Of a stretch of 64,000 nucleotides of DNA, positions 18,627 through 28,918 are shown piece by piece. The notes beneath the pieces are model-generated. The model was not told the origin of the DNA. It saw only the letters and a list, made by a program, of their open reading frames with translations, and searched no databases. The stretch is from an uncultured Pirellulaceae bacterium (lineage in GTDB: Bacteria; Planctomycetota; Planctomycetia; Pirellulales; Pirellulaceae): assembly GCA_964433035.1 (NCBI GenBank), contig CAYSQZ010000003.1:579-64578 (forward strand), given 5' to 3'. Each line of letters begins with the position of its first letter. The stretch's first letter is position 1. The position numbers were made by a program, and so were the translations under genes.

Positions 18627-19886
18627 ATGGAGACAACAATGTTCTCTGAGTTCACGAAGCAATTATTGAATAAGTCAAACGGATTCGATTTCGTGGCGGC
18701 TCATTTTGCTTGCGAAAAAGACAAATTCTCAGAGACAAATCCAAATGGTTTTGTAAATCTTGGCTCAGCTCAAAACTTTTTAGGTAAGACGGCGATCCAG
18801 TCACGGCTGGAAGCTCTCGACTGGAATCTGGCAGACACTCCTTATCGCGATTTTGCTGGGACCGAAAGTTCAAGAACAGCGGTTGCAAACTATTTACAAC
18901 GAATTTCTGGACGCAGCGTTGATCCAAATCACGTTGTCATCGGCAACGGATTGGTGAGTGTGCTCGAAGCGATCGGTATCGCGATTCTAGACGCAGGCGA
19001 CCACGTGCTGGTAACTACTCCAGTTTTCCCCGGCTTGGTAACTGCACTGACATCCCGCACCCAAGCGAGCTTCATCTCCTTGGAGACATCCGCTGATCAG
19101 CAATTCCAACTTTCACCGGCCATTCTCCAAGAAAAGCTCGAATTCGAATTGAAGCAAGGGCATCATGTTAAAGCTGTGTTACTTTGTTCACCAGGCAATC
19201 CAATCGGGCAGGTATTTACAGCCGCAGAAGTCCAACAGTTTGTGAAGATCGCCGAAGATTTCAACGTAGCGATGATTGTCGACGAGATTTACGCCTCCAG
19301 CTGCTTTGACGGCGTTGACTTTATCAGCGCGTTGACTGCCAATTCAGATCACGTCATTACGATCGGCGGGCTCTCCAAAGACTTTGGACTCGCTGGTTAC
19401 ACAACTGCTTGGGCTTGTACCAGCAACCAATACATCCTCAAGGCGTTACAAAAACAGAGTCATTTTTTCCGGCTATCGGCTCCAATCCAGCGAGCGATTG
19501 AAACATTCCTGGAGCCGGAATGGCAAATCCCATTCACACAATCTAATCGCATCAAACTCGGTCAGCATTACGCCGACACGTGTAACGAAATGCACGAGCT
19601 TGGCGTCAAAGTAACCCCTGCTCAAGCAGGCTTGGTCGCTTGGCTCGACCTTCGCTCATATCTGAAAGCTGCCGACGAAGATAGTCAGTTGGCACTGTAC
19701 CGTTATTTGCTCGAACAACATCGTGTTCATTTGAGCCCCGGATCAGGCTTTCATTGTCGAACACCAGGGTTCTTTCGAATCTGTTTTAGCCAGGAAAAAG
19801 TAACGCTTCGCGCGGGACTGCGACGAATTCAGCAAGGACTGCGTCAGCACCATCACAACAGCACTACGAAATTTATGGAGGTTTGA
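18627..19886 (+). CDS. Class I/II PLP-dependent aminotransferase (ACC-synthase-like subgroup)
   Basis: PGNPIG motif, DEIYA, and the PLP-lysine context GGLSKDFGLAGY. Confidence 0.8.
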   Translation: METTMFSEFTKQLLNKSNGFDFVAAHFACEKDKFSETNPNGFVNLGSAQNFLGKTAIQSRLEALDWNLADTPYRDFAGTESSRTAVANYLQRISGRSVDPNHVVIGNGLVSVLEAIGIAILDAGDHVLVTTPVFPGLVTALTSRTQASFISLETSADQQFQLSPAILQEKLEFELKQGHHVKAVLLCSPGNPIGQVFTAAEVQQFVKIAEDFNVAMIVDEIYASSCFDGVDFISALTANSDHVITIGGLSKDFGLAGYTTAWACTSNQYILKALQKQSHFFRLSAPIQRAIETFLEPEWQIPFTQSNRIKLGQHYADTCNEMHELGVKVTPAQAGLVAWLDLRSYLKAADEDSQLALYRYLLEQHRVHLSPGSGFHCRTPGFFRICFSQEKVTLRAGLRRIQQGLRQHHHNSTTKFMEV

Positions 19887-19889
19887 ACG

Positions 19890-20717
19890 ATGATCGTCCG
19901 ACAATTTATGGATCACAAAGAACAGTTACAGGTCTTCGTTGAGCGCACCGTTAATTTGGTCATGCAACGTTTGAGTGAACAAGCGGGGCAGAAAATCGGC
20001 TGCATCTACTCCAATGACATTGTTGAAGAATCTTTAGTCGACTTGCTTTACCCGATGGCAGAACGCTACTCTTTCGATTCGGAGGCAATTGCTCGCGAAT
20101 TCGTTAATGATTATTTGCCTGAAATCTCCATCGCCTGCCGGATTGATGCCGAGCGATATCAGACAGAGGATCCGGCTCTTGAAAACCTCGACGAAGTGTT
20201 TTACGCCAGCAACGGATTCTGGGCCACGGTTGCTTACCGAATCGCCAACGCATTGTTAAAGCTGAACGTGCCAATCATCCCACGTGCGATCTCTGCGGTC
20301 GCTCATTCACGAACGGGGGTCGACATTCATCCAGGTGCGACGATCGAGCCTGGATTGTTTATCGATCATGGAACAGGAATCGCGATTGGCTGCACTGCCG
20401 TGATTCATTCCAATGTCAACTTGTACAATGGCGTTGTGTTAGGAACTCGTAGCAAGCCGCGAAAGAAAACGGATGAAGCGACTGCAACCATCAAGAAACG
20501 ACATCCAACTATCGAAAGCAACGTCAGCCTATACACGAACGCATTCGTTGGTGGCGACGTAATGATCGGGGCAGGAACGACCGTAGGCGCATACGCATTT
20601 GTCTGTCACGACGTTCCGGCCGACTCCGTGGTGTTTGGCAAAACTGGTAGTGACAAACCAGCCGTACCCCAGGAAATCCTCCCTGCCCAGCCTGCAACAA
20701 TCGAATACATGATCTAG
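19890..20717 (+). CDS. Serine O-acetyltransferase-like hexapeptide-repeat acyltransferase
   Basis: DIHPGATIEPGLFIDHGTGIAIG followed by left-handed beta-helix repeats. It starts 3 nt after the aminotransferase stop, so the two are a likely operon. Confidence 0.7.
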   Translation: MIVRQFMDHKEQLQVFVERTVNLVMQRLSEQAGQKIGCIYSNDIVEESLVDLLYPMAERYSFDSEAIAREFVNDYLPEISIACRIDAERYQTEDPALENLDEVFYASNGFWATVAYRIANALLKLNVPIIPRAISAVAHSRTGVDIHPGATIEPGLFIDHGTGIAIGCTAVIHSNVNLYNGVVLGTRSKPRKKTDEATATIKKRHPTIESNVSLYTNAFVGGDVMIGAGTTVGAYAFVCHDVPADSVVFGKTGSDKPAVPQEILPAQPATIEYMI

Positions 20718-20770
20718 CCACCTGAGGCTCCTCGGGTGACAGTAGGTAGTTACACTCACCGAGGGGCCGT

Positions 20771-21670
20771 CTACCCGCGCAGCCAACGCCAAGCGGGTTC
20801 CACGTAGACATGGTTCAAGAACGTGAACGTGTAGCGAACCAGATTCAAAGGCTTTGGGAATCGCCAGAAAAGTTTCGGCATCGGCAAGGCAAAAAGCAAA
20901 AACAATCTGGCGTACATCGCCAGAGATGGCCGCACACTTAGTTGTCCTTCTTGATAGTCCGCCTGCGCATCCAAGATCATGTCGACAGCAGGCATCATTT
21001 CACAACACAAATTAAAAAATCTTTCAAATTTTGCCGTTGTTTTGTCACCCAGAATCATGACCGGTAACTGGCCGGCGAGACTCCACTCGGTGACCAGGTG
21101 ATGAATCATCTCGGTTACCTTCGTCGCCGACCGTTTGGCCTCGGTATGAAAAAAAGTTGCCTCGATTGTGTCAGCAAATTTGTCCTGAATGTCACCGCGG
21201 CGAATGATGTCGCGCAATTTGTTCAGTCGCGTTTCCAATTCGTCAGTCAGTCGCTTGAGCGGAAACCCCGCGATCGATTTCAGCGGAGCATCCGATTTTA
21301 GAAACTCCACTGTTGCCGCAGCATAAGCTTCGCGTTCTGCTTTTTCGTCAATCGTATCCAGCGTTCGATCAACAACATCAATTGCTGCAATGAGGTTGCC
21401 AAGGTCAACATTGAGTTTTTCATCAACCGAAATGCCAAACGGCTCGGTGATCAGATAAAACTCTTCGTTCATCTTGCGATAAACCGCGCGAATACCTGTC
21501 CAATCGACCGCTTGCATAGTGTGTTCAGCGCCGGGAACAGAGGGCATTGTTGGCCTGATGTTTTTGGTAAATTCAACGGAGTTCACGACTCGTCTAGTGG
21601 TCCAACCGATCTGAATTGACCGTATGCAAATCCGGTTTGCTACGTCATTTTCAGATTGAAATCCTTGCAT
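20771..21670 (-). CDS. Hypothetical protein, mostly alpha-helical, possible isoprenoid-synthase-like fold
   Basis: Two acidic motifs (AAIDVVDRTLD and ILDAQADYQEG) at a spacing reminiscent of class-1 isoprenoid synthases. This is weak. Confidence 0.45.
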   Translation of the reverse strand: MQGFQSENDVANRICIRSIQIGWTTRRVVNSVEFTKNIRPTMPSVPGAEHTMQAVDWTGIRAVYRKMNEEFYLITEPFGISVDEKLNVDLGNLIAAIDVVDRTLDTIDEKAEREAYAAATVEFLKSDAPLKSIAGFPLKRLTDELETRLNKLRDIIRRGDIQDKFADTIEATFFHTEAKRSATKVTEMIHHLVTEWSLAGQLPVMILGDKTTAKFERFFNLCCEMMPAVDMILDAQADYQEGQLSVRPSLAMYARLFLLFALPMPKLFWRFPKPLNLVRYTFTFLNHVYVEPAWRWLRG

Positions 21671-21938
21671 GGACTGGTCAATTCAGTTTTGACGGACCAC
21701 TAGTCATGAAGTTAACCGCGATTCATGACGCTGTACAACGGAATTCAATCAATCGGAAAAGATCAATTTTGACTTTTCCAAAATTGCTCATGTCAGCGAA
21801 CTAAAACCAGGGGCTGTCCACGAACATTGATGGCCTCAGAGATGTGAAAGCTCGGAGGGCTTTGAATTTTCAAGCTAACTAAGCAAGAGGAATTACGGCA
21901 ATCTAAGGCCCAAATGGTTCTGAGCAAAGTATTGCCAA

Positions 21939-23300
21939 TTAATTTGCTGGAACTTTAGTCAGTTCATCTTTAAGCACCGTGTCCAAGGCTTTTTCCGCGA
22001 TCGTGATCGTCTCATTGACATTCAAGTTGCCCTTGAGAATGTAAGACGAGTTGACGATGTAGAGGCCATCAACCGAAGACTTCATGGGCGGCAGCAAGTC
22101 ACTGTAACCCAACGTCGGGATTGCCATTACTGTTCGGACTCGCGAGATCTTGAAATCAACGACGTCTTGGCGTGTGAAGTCGGGATACATTCGATCCAGT
22201 GCCGAAAGAAAGCTCTCCTGAATCTCTTCATCGGATTTCTCAAACAACTCGTGCTCTGCGGGAACATACTTGGGAAGGAATACAAGCGACTGACCCTTAA
22301 GCTCGTCTGGGTCAACGATAGTCGTCATCTCAATCACCGCAGTCATCGGCACCCAGTCATCAGTGATGTTGGTGACGTAGTAAGGTGAGATTGGTTTTTT
22401 AAGCAGAACCGAAGCACAAATAATCCCGAGGTATTCAACTTTGTCGAAACGATCGCGTTCATCCTGGCTCAAGTCGGTACAGACACGGCTCAAAATTGAG
22501 TTGGGCGTCGTCATGATGACTTTGTCGAAACGCTCAGCCGGCTTGTTGTCGTAAGAAATCGTAAACCGACCGTCTTCGTCCTTGGTGACTTGGGAGATCG
22601 GAGAATCCGTACGTACATCGACGTCCAATTCGTCGAGAACCGCAGCAAGGCGATCGATAATTTTTGAGTATCCGCCAGTGACGTAACCAAACATTTCTTT
22701 TTTAAGTCCGGTACGACGGGCTTTGTACATTCGACTGATGCAGGCCCAGATAAACGAAGCCGATGTCTTCTTGTAGCTTTCACCGAGTTTGGCTTTTAAC
22801 AGCGGTTGCCAGATTTTTTCAAAGGTGCCCTTGCCAGACCAGCGGGTTAGCCAGTCGGCAACCTTGGTATGCTCAAGTCGCTGCCAGTTTTTGATCTTGG
22901 AAGCGTAGAAAATTGTTGCCCCCAGTCGGAGCTTTTCAATCATCGTCAGCGGGGGGAATTTGAGGAATTCCGCGGTGTCGGACATCGAGTAAAGGGTGTC
23001 GTCGGTGTAGAATCCTGTCTTGGTTTCGATCCATCGCAGGTCGTCGCCCAAGCCGATTTCCTCAACCAGATTCCGCGTTCGCGAATCCGACAGTAGCGTG
23101 ACATGGTAGTGCTTGTCAAAAACAACATCGCCAATGTTCCATACGCCAGCCAAACCACCAAGCGTTGGCGCCGCTTCGATCAACGTGACGTCGTGACCTT
23201 GTTTGGCCATCCGCATCGCAAGAGTCAGGCCAAGCATTCCGCCACCTACGATGGCAAATTTTGTTTTCGATTCAGTTTTGACAATCATGTTGTTGAGCAA
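21939..23300 (-). CDS. FAD/NAD(P)-binding oxidoreductase (amine oxidase / phytoene-desaturase-like family)
   Basis: N-terminal dinucleotide fold FAIVGGGMLGLTLAMRMAKQGHDVTLIEAAPTLGGLA. About 450 aa. Confidence 0.8.
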   Translation of the reverse strand: MLNNMIVKTESKTKFAIVGGGMLGLTLAMRMAKQGHDVTLIEAAPTLGGLAGVWNIGDVVFDKHYHVTLLSDSRTRNLVEEIGLGDDLRWIETKTGFYTDDTLYSMSDTAEFLKFPPLTMIEKLRLGATIFYASKIKNWQRLEHTKVADWLTRWSGKGTFEKIWQPLLKAKLGESYKKTSASFIWACISRMYKARRTGLKKEMFGYVTGGYSKIIDRLAAVLDELDVDVRTDSPISQVTKDEDGRFTISYDNKPAERFDKVIMTTPNSILSRVCTDLSQDERDRFDKVEYLGIICASVLLKKPISPYYVTNITDDWVPMTAVIEMTTIVDPDELKGQSLVFLPKYVPAEHELFEKSDEEIQESFLSALDRMYPDFTRQDVVDFKISRVRTVMAIPTLGYSDLLPPMKSSVDGLYIVNSSYILKGNLNVNETITIAEKALDTVLKDELTKVPAN

Positions 23301-23711
23301 GTTGTAGAGAGGTGTATCTTTTAAAAAGTGCTTTTAGAATCAATATTAATTGGCTAACATTTAAGTTCTTCTCAGGTTGTGGGCTCAAGTACGCTAACGG
23401 TCTAATGGCGGGGCAAAAATAAGGATCACTCGGGTTGTAACGATTGGAATTTGACGACTTGATTAGAACGTTTTGAGCCCTTCGGGTTTTCGAGAGTTCC
23501 CGCTCCGCTCCCTTGCATTGTTTCGCGGAAAGGCTTCGCCAACGTCGGGCCAAATATTGGCAACTGAAATTGGGCGCAACCTTTTGGTGGGTAAAATTAG
23601 CAGCTCAAGTTTAAGCACCTGAAGTTCATATTCCAGTCAAAACGCTCACAAACGAGAATTTAGCCAATAGAGATTCAACTCGATTTCCCCTTAAACGAGC
23701 ATGTTGGAAGA

Positions 23712-24797
23712 ATGAGTGACTATCTGAACCGAATCGAAGAAGAATGGCGCGAGCGTGCTGATGAGCTTGGTCGTTGGGCAATGGAGCGCTTGGTCAATCG
23801 GACTGATATTTGGGGAAGATATTTGGCTCCCAAGTATCGAGGTGAAGATCAGAAGAACAAAGCGATCACTGCCCCATTTAAACAGGAACGTGGCAAGATC
23901 TTTCTTCAGGAATCGTCGCTGGTCAAGCATTTCAAGTCCAGGCCTGGAGGGGGGATTCTTGGACTTCATAGCGCATCAAGTGACGGTACGTCACGATGGT
24001 TTGCGATCGACATCGATTTGCATGATGACGATGATCTGTCGGTGACTAAAGAAAGCAACTACGTCGCCGCGGTGGCATGGCGGAAGCAGTTGGTCGAAAT
24101 GGGATTTGATCCACTGCTGACCGATTCCAATGGAAAAGGCGGTTTCCACTTGATGGTCGTTTTTCAAAGACCGATGGCAACCAAGTCAGTATTCCATTTC
24201 GTTGAGCGGTTGATTTCAAATTATCAGAAGCTGGGTTTGGATCGAGAGCCCGATGTATTCCCTAGCTCGGCAACCAGTCATCAAGGCGGTTGGCTCCGTC
24301 TGCCGGGCCGCCATCATACCAAGGCGCACTTCACTCGGGTTTGGAACGACGAGCCGTGGGCAGAGGACAAAATCTGGCTGGAGGGGCATGAAGCGATCGA
24401 TCGAATTCTCGATCTTGGGTTGGCCAGTGAGTCGAGTCTTGTTGCGCAGTCAATGAACGTCAAGTCGCGGACCATTTGTCTGGATTTTGATGGTGTGATC
24501 CACTCCAATCAACATGGCTGGCAGGGAGAGGCCGTGATTCCCGATCCTCCGATCCACAAAGTCGATCAAGCGATTGCGGAGTTGCGAAAAGACTACCGAG
24601 TGGTTGTGTTTTCGGCGCGGTGTCGAACCGACGAAGGCGTCGAAGCGATTCGGGCTTGGCTGGTCAAACACAATATCGAAGTTGACGAAGTCTGCCGCGA
24701 CAAGCCCCCGGCACATGTCTACGTAGACGATCGCGCGGTTCGATTCTCGGGTGACTGGCCGCAGACGATTGCAGAGATCCATAATTTTCGCAAGTGA
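23712..24797 (+). CDS. Fusion protein: archaeo-eukaryotic primase (prim-pol) domain + HAD-superfamily phosphatase domain
   Basis: AEP motifs: FAIDIDLHDDDD (DxD), GGFHLMVVF (sxH) and WLRLPGRHH. The C-terminal HAD motifs are ICLDFDGVIH (DxDxV), VVFSAR, RDKPPA and YVDDRA. Confidence 0.65.
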   Translation: MSDYLNRIEEEWRERADELGRWAMERLVNRTDIWGRYLAPKYRGEDQKNKAITAPFKQERGKIFLQESSLVKHFKSRPGGGILGLHSASSDGTSRWFAIDIDLHDDDDLSVTKESNYVAAVAWRKQLVEMGFDPLLTDSNGKGGFHLMVVFQRPMATKSVFHFVERLISNYQKLGLDREPDVFPSSATSHQGGWLRLPGRHHTKAHFTRVWNDEPWAEDKIWLEGHEAIDRILDLGLASESSLVAQSMNVKSRTICLDFDGVIHSNQHGWQGEAVIPDPPIHKVDQAIAELRKDYRVVVFSARCRTDEGVEAIRAWLVKHNIEVDEVCRDKPPAHVYVDDRAVRFSGDWPQTIAEIHNFRK

Positions 24798-24842
24798 ACT
24801 CTTGGGCAGCAATTGGATTAGATTTCTCCGGTCGCCGGTATG

Positions 24843-27167
24843 TTAAAGAACTACCAACCGCCAACACCGATGGATTCGCTTGTTTCGAAAATCTTCGGGT
24901 ACGGTTTGTTTGCTGATTTCGCGGCACTCGAACTTTGGTAGTGCGGCCGGATCAAATTTAAAGCGTCGAAAGTTGGTCGAGAAATAGACCACGCCGCCGG
25001 TTCGCATGATTTGATGGACAAGGTCCAGAAGTTCAACATGGCACGATTGAATTTCCCAATCCTGATTCGTCTTTTTACTGTTGGAAAACGTGGGTGGATC
25101 GACGACTGCCAGATCGTACATCCGCATCGGGTTGTCAGCAGCCGATTTTAGAAACTCCAGAATGTCCGACTGAATAAAATTATGTTTGGAGTCACTCAAT
25201 CCGTTGACGTCCATATTCTGCTGCGCCCAATCCAAGTAGTTTTTGGAAAGGTCAACGGTTGTCGTTGAGCTGGCGTGGGCTTTGGCGGCGTACACTGAGA
25301 ACGAGCCGGTGTAAGCGAACAAGTTAAGGAAGTCTTTGTCTTCGGCTTCGTTGAACACCATCTGCCGAGTCTTGCGATGGTCGAGAAAAAGTCCGGTGTC
25401 GACGTAGTCGGTCAAGTTGATCAAAAATTTCAAGCCGCCTTCATTGACGGTGGCAATCTTTCCAGCCCGCGAAACCTTTTCATACTGCCGATTGTTTTGG
25501 TCTTTCTTGCGCCGCTTCAAATAAACGTTGGTCTCTGGAATACCGAGCGTCTGGGCAGCAGTCTCGCACATCAGATCAAGCCATTGGGCATGGCGGGCGA
25601 TGTCTCGCTCGTGAGGCCGCTCATATTCAGTGATGTGCAGGTAGTCTTCGTAACGATCGACAACCAAAGGGATCTCCGGGATGTCACGTTCGTATAGTCG
25701 GAAACAGGTAATGTTCCGCTTGGTCGGCCAGCGACGAAGATGGCGGGCCAATTTAGTCAAACGATTTTTAAACAGCCCCGCTTGCTCACGGTCTTTGTCG
25801 GTCAATCCACCAAACAACGCGGTCGGTTGCGATTCCTCGGCGGAAGTTGAATCAGGAGCAGAGTCAGTATCGTCCGTCGTCTTCGGTGGTGTTGCCGCAG
25901 CGTTTTCTTCTCTTTCTTCATCTACCGCGATACCGCTGAGGTCGGGTTGAGCGTCCTCGATGGGTTTCCAGTCCGATTGGGTTTTGGCAGTAGTGGCCGA
26001 AGATTCCAAAGCGGCGACATCAGAAGTCTCGCCTCCGCGATTTGGTCGTGGTGGCCGAGGCCCAAGGAATTGATAGTAAGTGCACTCCAATCGCCCGTTG
26101 AAAAGTTTCCGTCGCCGCGTCGCCTGTTTTTGAATCAGCCCTTCAAATTTGGGCATATTGGTGATCAGAAACAGAGACCAGGTTGGTAGACGCTGCATGA
26201 TAGCCGGGATGGATTGGTAGAGTCCGATCAACCGTTGTTGCTGGTCAAGTCGTTCTCCGTAGGGCGGATTGGTAACGATGCAGCCATACTTTCGATCGCT
26301 CCGCAATTCGGCAAACGGCTTCTTTTGAAAGTCAATGTATTTGGTCACACCTGCTTGGTCCGCATGGTAGCGGGCTTTGTCGAGTACGTCGGCGTCGCGG
26401 TCCGAGGCAATGATCTCCATCTCAATATCGGTTCGCTTCAGATCATTGGCTTCCTCGGAGGCCGCATTCCAGAGCGATTTGTCAATCGTGAGCCATTGGG
26501 ACGAAGCAAAGTCTCGGGAGATTCCTGGAGCAATATTGCACCCAGCAAGCGCCGCTTCGATGGCGATTGTTCCCGAGCCGCAAAAAGGGTCCACCAGCAG
26601 GCGACCGGGACGCCAAACGCTAAGGTTGACCAGAGCGGCACCAAGCGTTTCCTTGATTGGAGCTTCGGCAACCAATCGTCGGTAGCCGCGTTTGTGAAGA
26701 CTTGGACCTGTGGTGTCGAGTGTTAACGTCGCGACGTCGTTGAGCAGCGCAACTTCGACTTTGTAGGTCGCGCCCGACTCGGGGAGCTCAGCGACTCCGT
26801 GGTGCTTTTGCAGGCTTTCGACTAAAGCTTTTTTCACCGTCCGCTGGACCGCTGGAACACTGGTGAGCTCCGAACGTCGTGATTTTCCCACAACCGGAAA
26901 CGCCGCGTCTGCTGGAATGTACCGGCTCCAGTCGAAGTCTTTGACTGTGTCGAAGAGCGCATCGAAGTCCGGACTTTCAAATTGCTGGATCTGAATTAGA
27001 ACTCGATCGGCGGTTCTAAGCCAGATGTTTGCTCGGCAGACTGCCGTCCAATCGCCTTCGAAATCAATCCGGCCAGGCTGCGAGACTTTCGGTTGATAGC
27101 CAAGTGCGATCAGTTCGCGTTTTACGAGGGCTTCAAGTCCAAACGCACACGCAGCAGTTAGTATCAA
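24843..27167 (-). CDS. rlmKL: Bifunctional 23S rRNA methyltransferase RlmKL (THUMP + two SAM-MTase domains)
   Basis: N-terminal GLEALVKREL/THUMP region, the NPPYGERL motif, and a second C-terminal MTase domain. The inter-domain linker is acidic and low-complexity. Confidence 0.8.
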   Translation of the reverse strand: MILTAACAFGLEALVKRELIALGYQPKVSQPGRIDFEGDWTAVCRANIWLRTADRVLIQIQQFESPDFDALFDTVKDFDWSRYIPADAAFPVVGKSRRSELTSVPAVQRTVKKALVESLQKHHGVAELPESGATYKVEVALLNDVATLTLDTTGPSLHKRGYRRLVAEAPIKETLGAALVNLSVWRPGRLLVDPFCGSGTIAIEAALAGCNIAPGISRDFASSQWLTIDKSLWNAASEEANDLKRTDIEMEIIASDRDADVLDKARYHADQAGVTKYIDFQKKPFAELRSDRKYGCIVTNPPYGERLDQQQRLIGLYQSIPAIMQRLPTWSLFLITNMPKFEGLIQKQATRRRKLFNGRLECTYYQFLGPRPPRPNRGGETSDVAALESSATTAKTQSDWKPIEDAQPDLSGIAVDEEREENAAATPPKTTDDTDSAPDSTSAEESQPTALFGGLTDKDREQAGLFKNRLTKLARHLRRWPTKRNITCFRLYERDIPEIPLVVDRYEDYLHITEYERPHERDIARHAQWLDLMCETAAQTLGIPETNVYLKRRKKDQNNRQYEKVSRAGKIATVNEGGLKFLINLTDYVDTGLFLDHRKTRQMVFNEAEDKDFLNLFAYTGSFSVYAAKAHASSTTTVDLSKNYLDWAQQNMDVNGLSDSKHNFIQSDILEFLKSAADNPMRMYDLAVVDPPTFSNSKKTNQDWEIQSCHVELLDLVHQIMRTGGVVYFSTNFRRFKFDPAALPKFECREISKQTVPEDFRNKRIHRCWRLVVL

Positions 27168-27382
27168 GGCAACACTCAGGTAAATTTTAAAATGACAGAG
27201 TGGGTGTCTCGCGAAGGTACGAGGCCACGAAGGTACAAGTTACGTTGGAACTATTTTTTCGAGTAGCCCAGCCAACGTAGAAAAAGGACAGTTTTCCTGG
27301 TCCTCCGCGTCTCGGCGAGAAACAACTTCCATCATTGAAGCATACGAAGCTCCCTGATCATCCCGAAACAACCGAGCGAGGC

Positions 27383-28552
27383 TCATTTTTGATTGGTTTC
27401 GGATTTTTCTTTGGAGGATTTTGGCTTCGCCTTCTTTTTGGTTTTTGATTCTTTCACTTTTATCGGCAGCTCGGCATTCATGATAGGAGTGTCCCAGCCA
27501 ACCATGTCGAGCGGCTTAACGCCTTCGTAGTAACCCGAATTCATTTGAAATGTCGATGGATTGTAAGGACCAACCATCGCGATGTCGTTGTCGGCTTTAA
27601 TCTCTGCTTCCATGCCCGCTGCCCAGAAGCAAGCGTTGATGAGCATCCGACGAAAGCCATCGTCGCGAATATCTTCCGACGCTCCTGAGGTCGTATTGAA
27701 TACTCGGCCAGTGGCACCGTCCTTACCTGAGTAGGTTCGAACCCAGGAATTTGGACAAGGCTTTTTGTCAGTTACCGGTTCAGAACCTTTTTTCATTGAT
27801 ACCAACGGTTGAGTCATCGCCAAGACAGTACTGCCGGGCATCGGATCGGTCCAATAGCCGCCGCACTCGGCCCACGGGCTTTCAACACCCGTCATGATCG
27901 GATGACTTTTTTGCGACTCAACGATATCCAGCCTCGTACTCATCTTGTGGTTGGTACCATAATGCGAGACCCATGTTTCCCCTAGAACCTGCCGACCGAA
28001 TCCGCCTTTAAAATCAGCGTCAGGAAATCGAAAGTCATATTTTGCGAACTTTGAATCCTTGGGGATTCTAAATGCGTGCGTCGAAGTACGAAGTCCAACA
28101 ACCGGTCCGGCCCGATCAAGGTAGTCGACGATCGGTTGCATTTGGTCGTCAGGAAAGTTCTGAAATCTCAGAAAAACAACAGCTAGGTCGGCATCCTTAA
28201 GCACCTCGGTGCCCGGCATGTAACTGGACCCAGGCAAAATCTCTCCAGTTTCCTTGTCGATTGAGAACAGCACGGTGCATTTGAATCCGTGATGCTTGGC
28301 CAGAATGCGAGCCAACATCGGCAGTGTTTGCTCACCACGATATTCATGGTCCCCTGCCAGAAAGACAATGTGTTTTCCTTTGCCGACGCCCTGAGTGCCC
28401 TCATAGACTAAATGCTCGCTCGAAACGGTTTGCGAATTCGCTGTTGGAGTTGCCGCGAAAAGAAAGCCAATGGCCAAAATCGCAGTGAACACGAAACAGT
28501 GGAGATACTTCATTTGATTTGTCCGGTAGAAAAAAGTGGCTGCAGAGATCAA
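27383..28552 (-). CDS. Secreted ThuA-like (class I glutamine-amidotransferase-fold) protein
   Basis: Signal peptide, HIVFLAGDHEYRGEQTLPMLARIL and LRFQNF...TSTHAF blocks resembling ThuA-domain proteins, and a Lys-rich tail. Confidence 0.5.
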   Translation of the reverse strand: MISAATFFYRTNQMKYLHCFVFTAILAIGFLFAATPTANSQTVSSEHLVYEGTQGVGKGKHIVFLAGDHEYRGEQTLPMLARILAKHHGFKCTVLFSIDKETGEILPGSSYMPGTEVLKDADLAVVFLRFQNFPDDQMQPIVDYLDRAGPVVGLRTSTHAFRIPKDSKFAKYDFRFPDADFKGGFGRQVLGETWVSHYGTNHKMSTRLDIVESQKSHPIMTGVESPWAECGGYWTDPMPGSTVLAMTQPLVSMKKGSEPVTDKKPCPNSWVRTYSGKDGATGRVFNTTSGASEDIRDDGFRRMLINACFWAAGMEAEIKADNDIAMVGPYNPSTFQMNSGYYEGVKPLDMVGWDTPIMNAELPIKVKESKTKKKAKPKSSKEKSETNQK

Positions 28553-28918
28553 CGCTGAAACGTTGGTGAAAGCGAAAGCAGGTCGCCATGTCTCTCAGTA
28601 AGATGATTGAACCCCAAATTTAATTAGATTTCAAATGCGAAACCAAAGAAAAATGGATCGACGCTGGAAGAAGGTGACAAATTGAGCGGAAGATAGTTAA
28701 AAAGTCAAAGTTGTCATTGATCCAAATCTTTCAAATTAGAGGGATCCAGAACCTAAGCCCTAATTTTTAAGAAGGTTGAGGTTTGGGGCTTGAGCGAGGC
28801 AGTCATTCCTCTTTCCAGTCGTAGGGTTGGCCGCGGTTCCGCAGAAGAATGTTCGTCGAATTTTTGTGAACCTGCCGCCTCAGTACCTGTCCTTATCCCC
28901 AACACGGGGCAAGCTTGC

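Noticed and set aside
20718-20770. The hairpin CACCTGAGG..CCTCGGGTG as a bidirectional terminator between convergent genes
   Set aside because: The loop is only 2 nt as drawn and there is no T-run on either strand. That is insufficient support.
25750-26050. The acidic, low-complexity insert in RlmKL as a separate feature or mobile insertion
   Set aside because: It is in frame and flanked by the two methyltransferase domains. Long low-complexity linkers recur in many proteins of this window, so it is probably a lineage trait.
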